A DNA stretch of 64,000 nt from an uncultured Gemmatimonadaceae bacterium (GCA_963829055.1 CAWHHI010000005.1:128001-192000); one strand, 5' to 3'; numbered from the stretch's first letter, positions 22,824 through 34,700 are shown. Notes: generated by a model from the letters alone, not told the origin. A program made the numbers and translations.

Positions 22824-22945
22824 AACAGCCAAGCTAGGGCTCGGTCGCATGATCGGGAAGAGGGGCTGCTCGCTTTGCATTGTGCGCCCGGGGCTGGTCT
22901 GGATCGTCGCGGCGCTAGGCGCGGGCACTCGGCTCCGGTGGCCAC

Positions 22946-23340
22946 GCGCTTACACGCCTCGAGCCGACGGGTACCGAACTCCATGCTGTGAGAGTGGCTC
23001 GGCCCCGCCGTCTCGGGGCTACGCGCGAGGCCCCCTACGCCGAGCGCCCGCGCCCCCCGGTCATGGCACGCTCCGGGGCCGGCCGCTCGTCACCGCCGCA
23101 CGCATCGCGACCGCGCCCAGCGCGCAGCAAGTCCGCGTCCCCTCTGCGGGCGGCACGGTCAGCGTTAGGGCGCGCACTTGCTGGGTGCTGCGCGCTGCTT
23201 ACCCTGACGGTCGGGATGCGTACCAGGAGGCGGGGGTGTCGCGTCGTAGGCGTCGTTGGCGCGTAGCCCCGAGACAAGGGGGCCGAGCCACTCCTCACTC
23301 AGCGGAGCCCGGTACCCCTTGGCTCGAGGCGTGTAAGCGC
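22946..23340. repeat. About 395-bp imperfect palindrome (family D; MITE-like or structured RNA)
   Basis: Perfect 20-bp terminal inverted repeat gcgcttacacgcctcgagcc, plus nested complementary blocks running to the centre. Confidence 0.85.
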
Positions 23341-23425
23341 CTACGGCGCCGGAGACGCGACGCCCCCGCCGACAAGACAGTGATCTCGAACGTCAAACAG
23401 CAGCGAGCAGCAGCCAGCAGCCAGC

Positions 23426-24253
23426 CTAACGAGACCGGGGAGAACGCGCGCGTGGCGCGGGCACGGACGACGCCGGGTCCCACGCATGCCAGCTCCCGCG
23501 TTCGCCAAGTTGCCCGATGACCCGGGACAACCGCGCGGCGGCGTTGCGCCAGTTCGTCTCCACCGACCGCTGCGCCAGATGGGCATCGCCGGCCGCGATC
23601 GCGCGGACGATCCGCTCGTGCTCCTTCACCGACGTCGGCAGCTCATCCACCAGCGCGCTAATGTACAAACGCGTGTAGCGCTCGATCTGCGGCTTGATCG
23701 ACCGGTGCAGGGCGAGTAGCCGAGGGCCGACGACGTCCTCCACGTAGGCCCGGTGGAACGCCTGATCGAGATCGAAGATCCGCCCGAACTCCCGCCGCTT
23801 CGACTCCGCCGCGAGCTCGCGGTTGATCTCGCGCAGCCGCGTGACGATCCGCTTGCGCCGGTCGTCCGGGAGCGATGCCGCCGTATGGGCCGCGAGCCCC
23901 TCGAGATGTCCGACGATGAGGATGATCTCACGGCCGTCGTCCTGCGTGAGCGGCGCGACGATGAGGCGCTGGTCCTGCCCACGCCCGACGGACGAGACAA
24001 ATCCCTCCTGCTGGAGCCGATGCAGTGCGCTGCGCACCGGCGTTCGACTCAATCCCAACCGTTCTGCGACCGCGCGTTCGGCAATGCGAGCGCCAGGCGG
24101 GAGATGCCCCCAGACAATGAGGCCGCGCAGTTCCTGATAGACGCGCGAGACCGTGTCGGACCGCCCGTCGGCTTCGACCGAAGGCGCGCTCGCGGTGGGC
24201 GGCGGAGGCGGTGCGGGTCTGCGCGCGGTGCGGCGCGGGGCCGAAGTCGACAC
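23426..24253 (-). CDS. GntR family transcriptional regulator (FadR/FCD type; GTG start inferred)
   Basis: VYQELRGLIVWGHLPPGARIAERAVAERLGLSRTPVRSALHRL HTH; FCD motifs LDQAFH and EHERIVRAI..GD. Confidence 0.9.
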   Translation of the reverse strand: MSTSAPRRTARRPAPPPPPTASAPSVEADGRSDTVSRVYQELRGLIVWGHLPPGARIAERAVAERLGLSRTPVRSALHRLQQEGFVSSVGRGQDQRLIVAPLTQDDGREIILIVGHLEGLAAHTAASLPDDRRKRIVTRLREINRELAAESKRREFGRIFDLDQAFHRAYVEDVVGPRLLALHRSIKPQIERYTRLYISALVDELPTSVKEHERIVRAIAAGDAHLAQRSVETNWRNAAARLSRVIGQLGERGSWHAWDPASSVPAPRARSPRSR

Positions 24254-24333
24254 GACGGCCAAGCTTAGTGCGTACCCCCGAGGTCCGCAACCACGCAGCC
24301 CCTCGGTGACTGTTACACGGCACGGAGCGACCG

Positions 24334-24358
24334 TTTTGGTCGACCATTGTGGTATGCC
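24334..24358. promoter_or_regulatory. Candidate tandem GntR operator in the gntR/GNAT divergent region
   Basis: ttttggtcgaccattgtggtatgcc contains the palindrome TGGTCGACCA; same architecture as 22798-22823. Confidence 0.6.
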
Positions 24359-24415
24359 CCACCGCACCGTACGTTGTCGCTCGCGAGCCCGCTCTGCCCA
24401 CCCGTCTGCCTGGCC

Positions 24416-25357
24416 ATGCCGCTCGATCTCGACGACCGCTCTCGCGCCTCCGGATCCGACGGCACCGACGACGGTGCCGCTGCGGCCAGCCACTCCATCC
24501 CGAATGAGTCGACTCTGAATGAGTCGACTCTGAATGAGTCGTCTCTCACGTACCGCGCGTTCGCGTCGCTCGAGGACGCCGACGCGTGCGTCGCCCTGCA
24601 GGGCGAGATCTGGGGAACCGAGTTCGACCGCGTACCGGCGTCAGTCCTGCGCGTCGCGGCGAAGATCGGCGGACTGACCATCGGCGCGTTCGATGCGGCC
24701 GGCGCGCTCGTGGGCTTCGTGTTCAGCCTCACGGGCACGCGCGACGGCGAACCGATACAGTGGTCGCACATGCTCGGGGTCCGCGAGGACGTGCGCGGCC
24801 TGGGCGTCGGCCGCCATCTCAAGGAGATGCAACGCGCGGAAGCCGCCCGGCTCGGCGTTAGGCGCGTGCTGTGGACGTTCGACCCGCTCCAGGCGCGTAA
24901 CGCGCACCTGAACTTCAACCGCCTGGGCGTCGAGCTCATCGACTACGTCGAGAACATGTACGGCGTCACCGCGAGCCCGCTCCATCACGGCCTGGCAACC
25001 GACCGCCTCGTCGTGATGCTCTCCATCGGGCCAGCGACGGCCAGGCCGGCGGTGTCCAATGGGGCGGGCAGCACGAACGGGGGGTCGGGCACATTACCTG
25101 TGCTCACGCCCTTCCCTCGCGACGGTGACATCGTGATCGACCTCGAGAACACCCGCGCGCCCGCCGCGCTCATCGAGATTCCCAACGATCTGCAACACGT
25201 CATCGCCACCACTCCCGATGTCGCCGGCACGTGGCGCCTCGCCACACGCGCGAGCTTTCTCCAGGCCCTGCGGCGCGGATACGCCGTCACTGGGCTTCGT
25301 CGCGACGCGGCGACGAACCGCGCGTTCTACACGCTGGCCGGCCCGGCGACCGGCTGA
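24416..25357 (+). CDS. GNAT-superfamily acyltransferase (COG3375-like)
   Basis: LQGEIWG, GGLTIGAFD, WSHMLGV...RGLGVGRHLK..QR, WTFDPLQARNAHLNF.RLG, NMYG, TDRL. Confidence 0.8.
   Translation: MPLDLDDRSRASGSDGTDDGAAAASHSIPNESTLNESTLNESSLTYRAFASLEDADACVALQGEIWGTEFDRVPASVLRVAAKIGGLTIGAFDAAGALVGFVFSLTGTRDGEPIQWSHMLGVREDVRGLGVGRHLKEMQRAEAARLGVRRVLWTFDPLQARNAHLNFNRLGVELIDYVENMYGVTASPLHHGLATDRLVVMLSIGPATARPAVSNGAGSTNGGSGTLPVLTPFPRDGDIVIDLENTRAPAALIEIPNDLQHVIATTPDVAGTWRLATRASFLQALRRGYAVTGLRRDAATNRAFYTLAGPATG
24502..24546 (+). repeat. 15-bp tandem repeat x3 (gaatgagtcgactct; NESTL)
   Basis: Read directly. The first two units contain the palindrome GAGTCGACTC; the third has one mismatch. Confidence 0.9.
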
Positions 25358-25379
25358 CGCCACCTCTCGCCTAACGCCC

Positions 25380-26759
25380 ATGTCAACGAGCGGATCGACC
25401 GAGCTTCGGCGCAGCCTCGGCTTCACCGACCTCCTGCTGATCACCATCGGAACCGTGATCGGTTCCGGGATTTACCTGGTGCCGAGTCTCGTGCTGCGCC
25501 AGACCGCTGGACGGACCGATCTCGCGTTCATGGTCTGGGCCGTCGCGGGATTCCTGTCGCTCCTCGGCGCGCTGACGTACGCGGAGCTCGGCGCGATGCG
25601 CCCGGAAGCGGGAGGCCTGTACGCGTACCTTCGCGACGCGTTCGGACCTCTCCCCGCGTTCCTCTATGGGTGGGCCAGCTTTCTCGTCATCGCCAGCGGG
25701 TCGATCGCGGCGCTCGCCGTCGCGTTCGCGAACTACCTGTCGCCGTTGCTGCCGTTCCACGTACCCGGACCGGTGATCTCGCTGCTCACGATCGCCGTCG
25801 TCGCGGTGATCAACGTGAGAGGGACGCGAGGCAGCGCCACGGTGCAGAACTGGACGACCGGCGCGAAGTTCGGTGTGCTGCTCCTGCTCAGCCTTCTGCT
25901 CATCGTCCGCGGGAACGGCGGTGCCGGCACCGCGGGGACCATCACGGAGGCACCTAACGCGTCCCTGGCGGCGGGGATCGGCGCGGCAATGATCGGCGTC
26001 CTGTGGGCGTACGAGGGATGGCAGTACGTGACGTTCTCCGCCGGCGAGGCGCGGGACCCGCAGCGCACCTTCCCGCGCGCCATCAGCATTGCGACGTTCC
26101 TCCTGATCGTGCTGTACCTCGTGGCGAACCTCGGGTACGTCCGGGCGCTCGGTCCCATCGGCGCGGCGAACAGCCAGCGCGTCGCGGCCGACGCCATCGG
26201 CACGGTCCTCGGTCCGGTCGCGGGCGTGATCGTCAGCGCGCTGATTCTCGTCTCGATCTTCAGCGCGCTCAACGGCCTCGTGCTCACCACGCCCCGCATG
26301 TACTACGCGATGGCGCGCGACCGCGTGTTTTTCGAGCGTCTGGCGTCCGTGCATCCCAGGTTCGGAACTCCGGCGTTCGCGATCATCACGCTGACGGCGT
26401 GGGCGGCGGCGCTCGCGGCGAGCGGCACGTTCAACCAGCTGTTGACCTACGCCGTGTTCACCGGCTGGATCTTCTACGCGGGCGGCGCGCTCGCCGTGAT
26501 CGCGCTCCGGCGTTCGGCGCCTAACGCGCCGCGTCCGTTTCGCGTGCCGGGGTACCCGATCACGCCGCTGCTGTTCGTGATCGCCGCCGTACTGCTCGTG
26601 ATCAACACGATCGTGACCCAGCCGGGGATCTCGGCCATCGGTCTCGGTTTCGTCGCGTGCGGCGCGCCGGCGTTCTTCGTCTGGCGCGCGCGAGCGCGGG
26701 CGCGGTCGTCGGGTATCGTGGCCGTTCCTGCGCCCGTTGACGGGAGCAGCGACGCGTGA
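25380..26759 (+). CDS. APC family amino acid permease
   Basis: GTVIGSGIY, LTYAELGA, GGLYAYL, WAYEGW, AMARD, RPFRVPGYP; about 12 TM segments. Confidence 0.92.
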   Translation: MSTSGSTELRRSLGFTDLLLITIGTVIGSGIYLVPSLVLRQTAGRTDLAFMVWAVAGFLSLLGALTYAELGAMRPEAGGLYAYLRDAFGPLPAFLYGWASFLVIASGSIAALAVAFANYLSPLLPFHVPGPVISLLTIAVVAVINVRGTRGSATVQNWTTGAKFGVLLLLSLLLIVRGNGGAGTAGTITEAPNASLAAGIGAAMIGVLWAYEGWQYVTFSAGEARDPQRTFPRAISIATFLLIVLYLVANLGYVRALGPIGAANSQRVAADAIGTVLGPVAGVIVSALILVSIFSALNGLVLTTPRMYYAMARDRVFFERLASVHPRFGTPAFAIITLTAWAAALAASGTFNQLLTYAVFTGWIFYAGGALAVIALRRSAPNAPRPFRVPGYPITPLLFVIAAVLLVINTIVTQPGISAIGLGFVACGAPAFFVWRARARARSSGIVAVPAPVDGSSDA

Positions 26760-27066
26760 GGTCCACGCGCAATGGGCTGTGGCGCCCGGCTGTCACGATC
26801 GTGCTTTCACATGCGATCGTTGGCTCCCAGGGCGTCGTCGCAGAAACCCGAGCTCCGCAACCAACATCCAGAGCTTTGATGTCTACACCGTCAAGGCGAT
26901 GAAGGAATGGAAGGTTGGTGCGGCCTGGCGAAACCGACTGCTCGGCAAGTCGATGGTGATCTTTTCGATCGACGGGGCGGCGAACGTCTCCTCGATGAAG
27001 GTCGACAACCTCGACAAGTTTTCCCGCGCGTCAGCGAAGTCCGACACGACGTCCGGCGTTCGCTGA
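26737..27066 (+). pseudogene. Probable remnant of a serine hydrolase (beta-lactamase family + DUF3471) with a large internal deletion
   Basis: An N-terminal-type segment (FDVYTVKAMKEWKV) is joined directly to a C-terminal-type segment (WRNRLLGKSMVIFSIDGAANVSSMKVDNL). No SxxK core. Confidence 0.5.
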
Positions 27067-27176
27067 CGCCATCTCCGAAGCGGCCGCCGACGGTCGCTCA
27101 CGGAGCACGACACACGATCCCCTTAAGGCGAGGTGTCCCGATGTGGCAGGATTCAGGTCAGGCAGGCGCTCGATCG

Positions 27177-30100
27177 ATGAGCGCACTCGTTTTCCGACGC
27201 AGTTATCGAGCAGTTCTGCTGTCGTTGCTCGCGCTCGGGCCGTTTGCGGCCCCGCTCGTTGCCCAGGGGACGCGCACCGTTACCGGCGTCGTGTTGAGCG
27301 CAGCCTCGCTCACCCCGATTCAGGGGGCGGATGTGCGTGTGCAGGGCGCGGCAACGGGCGTGTTCACCGACGCGAGTGGTCGCTTCCGGATCCCTGACAT
27401 CGGAGCCGCTGAGGTGACGCTTGTCGTCAGGCGTATCCGGTTCCAGCCCGTCACGCAGACGGTGAGCGCTGGAACGAACGACCTGCGCGTGCTGATGACG
27501 GAAGCCACCATCCAGCTGGACGAGGTGGTGATCACGGGCACGACGGTCGGCACGCAACAGCGGTCCATCGGCAACGCCGTGTCGTCCATCAGCGCAGCAC
27601 AGGAAGTGGAGCGGTCAGGCGTCGGCGATGTGGGGAACCTGATCAACGCGCGCGCCGCTGGTGTGATTGTCACATCCGGCAGCGGGCGAGCGGGCTCGGG
27701 CACCGGCATCGCGATTCGCGGCCGGTCGACGATCTCGCTCAACCAGCAGCCGTTGCTCTACATCGACGGTGTTCGCGTCGCGAACGACGTCGTCGACCGG
27801 AACGCGCGGCCAGGGCGGCGCCGGCATCGCGCGCATGAACGACATCGCCCCCGAAGACATCGAGAGCATCGAGATCATCAAGGGGCCGGCCGCCGCGACG
27901 ATCTACGGCACCGAGGCGTCGAACGGCGTGATCCAGGTGATCACGAAGCGCGGGCGCGCGAGCGACAAGGCGCGCTGGGGTCTCGGCTTCCGCCAGGGCA
28001 CCAGCTGGTTCCAGGACCCCGAAGGCCGACTTCCCACGAACTACGGAAAGACCTCCGCCGGGCAGGTCCTGACGTGGAACGCCATGGAGATGGAAAAGGC
28101 GCGCGGCTTCGACATTCTGGAGGAACGGCCGCATGCAGAGCTACACCGGCTCCGTGAGCGGCGGCACCAACCTCGCGCAGTACTACGTGTCGTCCACGTA
28201 CGACACCGACAAGGGCATCGAGCCTAACAACTACCTCGATCGCTTCAGCGGCAACGCGAACCTGAACATGACGCCGAGCTCGAAGATCGACGTCAACGCA
28301 CGTGTCGGGTACGTCACCGGCACGACACACCTGGGTTCCGACTACGGCCTCGGCGCGATGTCGGGGACGATGTACGGATCGCCGATTCTGGCCGCAGGCG
28401 GTTCCCCTGACGCGCGGTTACGGGTTCAACACTCCACCCGAGGTCGTGTGGGGCGTCGTGGACAACACGCAGGAGCTGAACCGCTTCACGGGAAGCCTCA
28501 CGTTCAACCATCGCCCGCTCGACTGGTTCACGCAGCGTTTCATCGCGGGGCTCGATCAGACGTCCGAGGACAACCAGAACCTCAACAACTTCGTGCCGGT
28601 GGAGTGGCGCCCCCTGTTCACCGCCTCGGCGGCGAAGGGCTCCCTGCTGCAGGATCGACGCGACATCACGTTCGCGAGCGCGGACTACGGCGGGACGGCG
28701 AAGTTCAACATCACGCCCAGGCCTTCGTCTCGAGCACGTCGTTCGGCGGTCAGTACTACCGCAAGAAGACGCGGCTCGGTCAGGTGAGCGGTCGTGAGTT
28801 CCCGGCGCCAGGCCTCAAGACGGCAGCCGCCGCGGCGATCAGGGACGGCCAGCAGGACTTCTACGTCAACACGACGATCGGTCTCTACGCGCAGGAGCAG
28901 CTCGGATGGAACGACCGGTTGTTCCTGACCGGTGCGGTGCGCGTGGACAACAATAGCGCGTTCGGCGACAACTTCGATCTCGCCACGTATCCCAAGGTCG
29001 CCGGGACGTGGGTGATCAGCGAGGAGCCGTTCTGGAAGCTCGGCTTCATCAACACGCTCAAGCTGCGCAGCGCATTCGGCGTGTCGGGTCTCCAGCCGGA
29101 CGTGTTCACGGCGCTGCGCACGTTCCAGCCGGTTACGGGAACGGCTGACCAGGCTGCCGTCACGCCGCAGCTCATCGGCAATCCCGGATCTCAAGCCCGA
29201 GCGCGGCACGGAGTTCGAGGTCGGCTTCGACGCCATCATGTTCAACCGCCTGAGCCTCGAGTTCACGTACTTCGACAAGACGACGAAGGACGCGATCCTC
29301 CTGCGACCGGTGGCGCCGTCGTTAGGCTTCCCCGGCAGCCAGTACGTCAACATCGGGGAGGTGAAAAACCACGGCCTCGAGGCTCGCGCGACGCTTCAGG
29401 CGCTCACGCGCGACAACTTCGGCTGGGAGGTCACGGGGAACGTCGGCACGACCAAGGACGAGATCACGAACCTTGGCGGCATTCCGTTCATCGCGACCGG
29501 TGGCCCGGGGCAGCGACACGTGCAGGGATACCCGATCGGCGGGTTCTGGGCGAAGCGCGTCACCAGCGCGACGCTCGACGCCAATGGCCGCGCCCAGAAC
29601 ATTCAGTGCGACGGCGGGCCCGGTGCCCAACCCATGCCGTGCGCGTCGGCGCCGTTCGTGTTCCTGGGGACGATCACGCCGAAGATGACCGGCGCGGTGG
29701 CGAACACCTTCACGTTCTGGAAGCAGCTCAGCCTGTACGCGCTCGTCGACTTCAAGAACGGGAACAAGATCCTCAACGCCGACGATTTCAACCGCTGTGC
29801 AGCGCTGAGCGTGTGTGAAGTGAACGTGAATCCCACGAAATTCGACCCGACGTGGGTCGCCAACGCGCAGAACGGCTCGTCGCTGGTCATCGCCGATCAG
29901 TTCTACCAGAACGCGTCGTTCGCGATGCTCCGCGAGGTCTCGGCGACCTACAGCGTGCCGGACAAGTTCGCGCATTACGCACGGGCGTCGCGGGCCTCGT
30001 TCACGCTGGCTGGTCGCAACCTCCACCGGTGGACGGACTACACGGGCCTCGACCCGGAGAGCCGTTCTCTCAACACCACGTCCACGATCGGGAATACGAA

Positions 30101-30185
30101 CACGAACCCGTTCCAGACCACCTTCTCGCAAGCCGTCACGCCGTCGCTCGCGCAGTTCATCGCGACCCTCAACCTGACGTTCTGA
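27177..30185 (+). CDS. SusC/RagA-like TonB-dependent outer membrane protein 1 (frameshifted)
   Basis: LDEVVITG, IRGRSTI..QPLLYIDGV, DIESIEIIKGPAAATIYGTEASNGVIQVITKRG, RVDNNSAFG, GRNL..WT.YTG.DPE, terminal Phe. Confidence 0.9.
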
Positions 30186-30187
30186 CC

Positions 30188-31521
30188 ATGCGGATTACAC
30201 AGAAGCGGGGCACGACCCCAGTGGCCAGCCGTTCGCGCGGGTGGCGATTACACACACGCTGCGTATCTTGCGTTGTTCGCCGGTACGCTCGCCGCCTGCG
30301 ATCAGATCACGAGCCTCGACCAGGAGGCTCCGAGCCGAGTCATCGCGACCGATCTGTATCAGCCGGAGAACGCGCAGCTCCTCGTCACCAGCGCCATCAG
30401 TGACTTCGAGTGCGCGCTCACGCAGTACATCGTCGCCGCCGGGCTCGTCGGCGATGAGCTGATCGACGCACAGCTTTCGCAGGCGGGTTGGGACTACGAC
30501 CGCCGCACGATCGTGCCCTCGCTCGCGGCCTACTCGACGGCCGGGTGCGGGTCCGCTCAGGTCCCCGGCTACTACACGCCACTCGCGATCGCGCGCGCGA
30601 CGGCGGACAAGATCACCACGGCACTCGAGGGATGGACGGACGCAGCAGGTGCCGAATCGCCAGCTCTCTCATCGCCACGGCGGCAGCGCACGCGGGATAC
30701 GCCCTCGTACTGCTCGGCGAGTCCAGTTGCAGCGCGGCAATCGACGGCGGACCAGAGCTCACGCCGGTGCAGGTCCTCACCGAGGCGGAATCGCGGTTCA
30801 CCAAGGCGATCACCGCGGCGCAGGCGGCTAATAACACGGACATCCTGAACATGGCACGTGTCGGGCGAGCACGCGCACGGGTCGATCTCAAGAAGTTCGC
30901 CGACGCGAAGACCGACGCCTCGCTCGTGCCGGACAGCTACGTGCATAACGCGACCTACTCGGCGGCGAATCGCCCGCCGTGAGAACCTCATTCAACACGC
31001 AGTTCTTCCGCGGCCTGTTCTCCTCCGTCGATCCGTCGTTCCGCAACCTGACGGTGGGTGGCGTTCCGGATACGCGAGTACCGGTGGTCGACGCGGGTGT
31101 GAACGGCCAGGACGGGCAGACGCGCATCTGGCGCACCACGAAGTACCCGTTGATTTCCTCGCCCATTCCGATCGCGAGTGGCGACGAAGCAATCCTGCTG
31201 ACGGCGGAGGCGGATCTCGAGGCCGGCAACCTCACGGCAGTGGTCGCGGGCATCAACAAGCTCCGCACGAAGTCGTCGCTCCCGCAGTACGCCGGCGGCA
31301 CGGCCGCGGAGGTGCGCGCGCAGTTGATCGACGAACGGCGCCGCGAGCTGTTCCTCGAGGGGCAGCGCTTCAACGACATCATTCGGTTCAACATTCCGCA
31401 GTCGCCGGCAGCGGGGACGCCGTTCCCGGTCAAGGGCGGCGTCTACGGGAACCAGATCTGCTTCCCGCTCCCGGACGTCGAACGCAACAACAATCCGACG
31501 TTAGGCGGCAAAACCAGCTAG
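30188..31521 (+). CDS. SusD/RagB-like lipoprotein 1 (frameshifted)
   Basis: Lipobox LAAC, EAILLTAEA, ERRRELFLEGQRFND, FPLPDVERNNNP. Confidence 0.85.
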
Positions 31522-31540
31522 CGTGCGGATCGTGCAGCAG

Positions 31541-31592
31541 GCAATCAACGGCCCGGTGATAGACATGTTGCTATCATCGGGCCGTCGGTTGC
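31541..31592. terminator. Stem-loop after susD1 (terminator or mRNA stabiliser)
   Basis: gcaatcaacggcccggtgatag pairs with ctatcatcgggccgtcggttgc. No clear U-tract. Confidence 0.55.
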
Positions 31593-31768
31593 GCTGATCG
31601 TTCCTCGCGCACGAACTGCACATCACGAACTTTACGAGGCGAACGTCCGTTTCGATGTACCGCAGTATGTAGTAACCCACGCAGCAACGTAGCACGGAGT
31701 CGTAGCACGCAGCGCACGGCAGGTAGCACAATGCATCAACACGTATCTCACATCGACAGGAGTAACGC

Positions 31769-34700
31769 ATGACAACTGCGCTTGGTCAGCTCATCGGGCG
31801 CCGACCGCGCATCACAGCGTGGTTCGTGATCGGGGCCTGCATTCTCCTCCCTGGTCACAACCTCCGCGCGCAAAACGCGGCGAACGTGCCCAACGACCCG
31901 CCGGCGGCGGGACCCACCAACCCATTCGCGCCTCGCGCCGCCGGACGCCGAGCATTCACCGGGACCGTCACGGGACGCGTGACGGACGCGCGCACCTCAG
32001 CTCCGGTGTCCGCTGCGGCCATCGAGGTCGAGGGTGCGCGCCTCGCGACGACGACCAGCGATGACGGTCGTTTCCGCCTAACGGCTGTCCCGGCCGGCTC
32101 CCGCGTGATCATTGTTCGCCGCCTCGGCTACGCGGCCATGCGGAAGACCGTCACGGTCACGGACGACCAGCAGACCACGGTCGACTTCGCGCTGCAGTCG
32201 GCGGCCGTCGCGCTCGACCAGGTCGTCGTCACCGGCACGGCAGGCGGCGAGCCGCGCCGCTCCATCGGCAACGCCGTCTCGACGATCAACGCGACCGAGG
32301 CGTTGTCGAAGTCCGCCGCACCGAACGTGAGCAGCCTTCTGGCGCCCGCGCACCTGGCGTGATCATCGCTCCAACGACGTCACGTCTCGGCGCCGGTCCG
32401 ACCATTCAGATCCGCGGCCGCAGCAGCCTCTCGCTCGACAACAGTCCACTGCTCTACGTGGACGGCGTTCGCGTGAGCAACGCGACGGCAGTCGGCGCGA
32501 CGTCCGTCTCCGGCGGCGGCTCGAGCTTCGGCGGGCAGAACTCGAACGTCGCGGGACGCCTCAACGACATCAACCCCGAGGACATCGAGAGCATCGAGGT
32601 GATCAAGGGCCCGGCCGCGGCGACGATCTATGGAACCGAAGCGGCCAACGGCGTCATCCAGATCATCACGAAGAAGGGAGCGCCCGGCCGGACCGACTTC
32701 AACGTCTCGGTCGAGACCGGATCGCTGTATTTCCGCGACGCGGAAGGTCGCATGCCGACGAACTACGTGAAGGACCACGTCGGGCACCATCGTGCGCGTG
32801 GAACGGCGTTCAGTCAGGAAGAGGACCGTGGCACGCCGCTCTTCAAGACCGGCCAGACGCGCCAGTACACCGCGTCGCTCTCCGGCGGGCGCGACTCTGA
32901 CGCGCTACTACGTCTCGAGCCAGTACGAGAACGACTACGGCATCGAGCCGAACAACTCGCTCCGCCAGTTCGCCCTGCACGCGAACCTCAACGTCGCGCC
33001 GACCTCGAAGCTCGATTTCGGCGACGAGCCTCAACTACGTCGACCTGTCCGCGCACCTCGGCGCCGACTACGGTGTGTCGTCGATGCTCGGGCGCGACCG
33101 TCGGACACGGACTGCTCTTCCGGCCGCACGCGGGTTCTATCCGAATTTCCCGCCGGAGGTTCCGCAGACAGCTGTACGACAACGCGCAGGGCGTGAGCCG
33201 CTTCACCGGCAGCGGGACGATCAACCATCGCCCGATCGACTGGTTCACGCAGCACGTCATCGTCGGCGTCGACTATACCGGCGATGACAGCAGCGCCATC
33301 GAGCAGTTCGCCCGCCGGACCTCGCCGTGTTGCTCGGCGCCAAGCTCGGCCGGCGGCCGCATCGGCCAGACGCTGCGCCACAACACCATCATCACGGCCG
33401 ACTACGCCGGCACGGCGCGCGCGCCACCTAACGTCGTCCCTCTCCTCCGCGACCTCGGTCGGCGGACAGTTCTACCGCACGGAGCTCAACACCAGCTTCC
33501 TCGGCGGGTACGGGCTTCCCCGGCCCCGGCGTCGAGACGGTGTCGGCGCACGGCGAACAAGGCAGGATGCGACGCAGACGCAGACGATCAACACGACGAT
33601 CGGCGCGTACGGCCAGGAGCAGTTCGGGCTGCACGATCGGCTGTTCCTCACGGCGGGCCTCCGCGTCGACAACAACAGCGCGTTCGGCGAAGACTTCAAG
33701 TGGGTGACGTATCCGAAGGTCAGCCTCGCTGGGTCGTGAACGAGGAGCCGTTCTGGCGGGTCGACAAGCGTGATCAACACGCTGCAAGCTGCGCGCAGCG
33801 TACGGCGAGTCGGGCCGTCAGCCGAACGCGTTCGCGGCGCTGCGCACGTTCCTTCCCGTCGCAGGGCCCTGGCGGGTCGAACGCCGTCACGCCGAACTCC
33901 ATCGGCAACCCGGACCTCAAGCCGGAGCGCGGCAAGGAGATCGAGCTCGGCTTCGAGACGGAACTCTTCAACCGGCTCAGCCTCGACTTCACGTACTTCA
34001 GCAAGCAGACCGACGACGAGATCCTCAATCAGCCGATCGCGCCGTCGAGCGGGTTCACCGGCAACCAGTTCGTGAACCTCGGCCGCGTGGACAACCACGG
34101 CATCGAGCTGCAGGCGACGCTTCAGGCGCTCACGGCGAACAACGTCTCGCTGGGACATCGGCGGCAACGTCGCGACGAACCAGGACGAGATCAAGGATCT
34201 CGGCGGCCTTCGGCGAGCGTGGTCGCGAGCGCGGGGCAGACAACGTCGTCGGCTACCCGATCGGCGGCATCTTCACGCAGCCGCGTCGTCTCGGCGGATC
34301 GCGATCCGACCACCGGCCTGGCGACCAACGTGCTGTGCGACGGGCGCGGCTGGCAAGCCAGGCGTGGCGTGCGCGACGGCGCCGTTCGTGTTCATCGGAA
34401 CGCCGACGCCGAAGATGACGGGAGCGGTCACCAACACGGTCTCGATCATGAGCAATCTGCGGCTGTACGCGACTGGTCGACTTCAAGCGCGGCAACGGCA
34501 GTACGAACGCGAACGAGCAGATTCGCTGCCAGGGGCTCATCGGCGCACCGCTCTGCCGCGCGAACTACTACCCGCTCGAGTACTCGCCGATCTACCTCGC
34601 CGAGACGGTCGGGGACGGCGGCAGCGCATCGGCATCGTCGACCAGTTCTTCCAGGACGGCGTCGTTCGCGAAGCTCCGCGAGAGTCTCGGCGACGTACAC

